DNA of 64,000 nucleotides from Yuukianura sp. NJ FZ-2021 (Eukaryota): NCBI GenBank assembly GCA_046563655.1, contig CM102285.1, positions 7,502,001 to 7,566,000 of the forward strand, read 5' to 3'. Shown piece by piece: positions 62,101 to 64,000 of this stretch (position 1 is its first letter; each line of letters starts with the position of its first letter). The notes under the pieces were generated by a model. It saw only the letters and a program-made list of their open reading frames with translations, ran no database searches and was not told where the DNA came from. The position numbers and the translations under genes were made by a program.

Positions 62101-63912
62101 TCACAGGAAAGTCTCCTCCAGAAGTTCTGGGCGTTTCTAGTAGAAAGAAAAAGAAAATCAAAACTGGTTTAAGCTCTGGTGAAAACAAAGGACGCAAATT
62201 GAAAACGGTCCGCTTCGTTGGCTCCTGATTTTCCTGACGGGCTCAAAGACTTCGTTTTTTGAAAAAATGTTTTCATTTTTTACCATATCGCTGAGGATAC
62301 TGCGACATCCGTAGCACCAGCGCCCATTGATTGTGTCCACTTCCTTCAAGCGTCGCTAAAAATAAAGTAAAAAAAAGTTCGTGTAAAAGTCTCATTTGCT
62401 CTTGTTACTGCGATATTTGTAGTACTTTTCTAAATTATTGATGACAGCAATTCCCGCCTTTTGTGTCCAAAGTGAACAACGACCCTAATTTAGTCACAGT
62501 GACTCAAAACGTAACTTCAAGGGACCAGAATCAAAGCCTAGCGTTACTACACAAACACGTTTTGTAAAGGAAGTTTGCATGGATTTGCACACCCCATTTT
62601 TCTAAATTGTAAGCTAAAATGTGCCGCTGTATCGAAGAAATCCATCGTTGAAGCTACTTTCCTACAGTTTATTGCACCTTTGATTCAATTTCAAGACATT
62701 TGGCAAGAACAAAATTCTCTTCTCGATTTTCGGATGGACACAAATTTCTACTTATTCTCTAGTAGAAAAAGTAGAAAGTTGTGTTTGAATCCAAACAATT
62801 CCTCCGAGGCGGGAAGGTGGTGGGTAATCTCATCTTTGTGTTGGAATTTGGAAAGTACTTTTCTCTGTTTTATTGAAAGTGAAAGCATTGAGATTCAATT
62901 CCGCTCTCCCGGCGTTCTCTTTGTACTGAATATGGCATGAGATGAGGGCCAAGAATATTCCCTGAATAAGTTATCAGCATCCGTTACCTGGCAAAGTTTG
63001 CACTTTTCCGCTTCTCTGCACTCAGCAGTATCAAGATTCGGTTGTAGCTTGGCCCCAATTCGAGTTAGCGTCGGTACTGTTGCTGGATAATCACGCTGGA
63101 GTCCAACAATAAATTCTTCACACTGACGCCACACCGAATCAATCTTCCTTTTCTACAAGAAAAAACAAAACAAATAAAATTCATAAATGGAAAGCAAAAG
63201 CAGCGTTTTTTCCTTTGTAAGTTAGCGTTTCTAGAGTGTTCAACAAAGCGAATTTTCCTTTCTATGCGTTTTCATTTTATTCCCACTTGAGCTACTTGAG
63301 CAAATCCACTCGCCTGCTAATACCTAGTACATGCAACATTTTCTAGAAAGTGGAGGATTAGCTTTAGTTTTCCTAGTAAAGTTTCCGTAGGTTTCCTGAA
63401 AACTGTGTTGGTTATAAGTAGACAACGTGGAACTTTTCCAAAGAACAGCAGACGCATGGATTATATTCGTTCAAATTTGAGGGTGTAGGTTAAAAGCCCT
63501 GGATGGGTTCTTAAATACAAGTAATCGTGTAGCTGTCACTCATCTTGGCTGACAAGGCACTTTGCAATGGGGTCCCATCATTAAAGAGCCACTTTACGTT
63601 CCATAGAAAATGGAGAAACCTCAAGTGGAAGCGTGAGAAAATAGAGAAAGTGGCAGGGTGAATGTGATAGGAAAGAAAGGAGGCACTTGCCAAACTAGTT
63701 ATTCGAAGGCTTTACTTTACGTTGAAATCGATATGGTAAACTATCATAAATCACGAGCCTACCTTGTCAATCGGGGTTCTTGGGTCACACTTCACAACTA
63801 CCGCAGCCACCTCTTCCAGCCCTTCAGCTTTGACAAAGTCTCGTAAATCATCACTTGAGAGTTCAATTAACGGGCGACACAACTCAACACCATCCACCTC
63901 CGTCACCAGATT
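62101..63912 (-). CDS. CTU2: Cytoplasmic tRNA 2-thiolation protein 2-like, 3' exons (63912-63763, 63152-62988, 62355-62284, 62136-62101); 5' part outside window
   Basis: All phase-0 GT-AG joins give ..LCRPLIELS...EEFIVGLQRDYPATVPTLTRIGAKL...CKLC...WCYGCR...*, matching the CTU2/Ncs2 C-terminal pattern. Confidence 0.75.
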
Positions 63913-64000
63913 CTACGTTCAATCAGAAATAAAAAAAAGTTTAGCGTCATTATGCTGTTCAGTCTACCGGAGCATGAGTAACATGTTATTTTAAAGGCTT

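Overview
AT-rich eukaryotic DNA with GT-AG introns, probably arthropod (inferred from the RluA-type protein and the TE families). Host genes: (i) a long + strand RluA/RPUSD2-like pseudouridine synthase gene, with 9 well-supported coding exons at 46632-60473, a likely exon at 39361-39465 and two candidate first exons at 12136 and 18280; (ii) the 3' four exons of a convergent CTU2-like gene (- strand, 62101-63912). The left end holds a decayed BEL/Pao LTR retrotransposon whose gag is split by a solo LTR. The intergenic DNA and introns hold many non-autonomous DNA elements with clean TSDs (hAT, MULE, Sola-like, Harbinger-like, Tc1/pogo). Two stand out. First, a 5.8-kb Polinton/Maverick-type element (24212-30004; AG..CT ends, 6-bp TSD GGCGTG, about 1.6-kb TIRs) encodes only an intact major capsid protein and a small basic core-like protein, with no polymerase, integrase, ATPase or protease. 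It is a candidate capsid-only satellite or one segment of a multipartite polintovirus. Second, a 4.6-kb Pack-MULE-like element (30803-35441; 9-bp TSD) carries an intact, intron-containing gene for a secreted ricin-B-lectin-like protein. Family assignments come from motif recognition by eye; no database searches were run.
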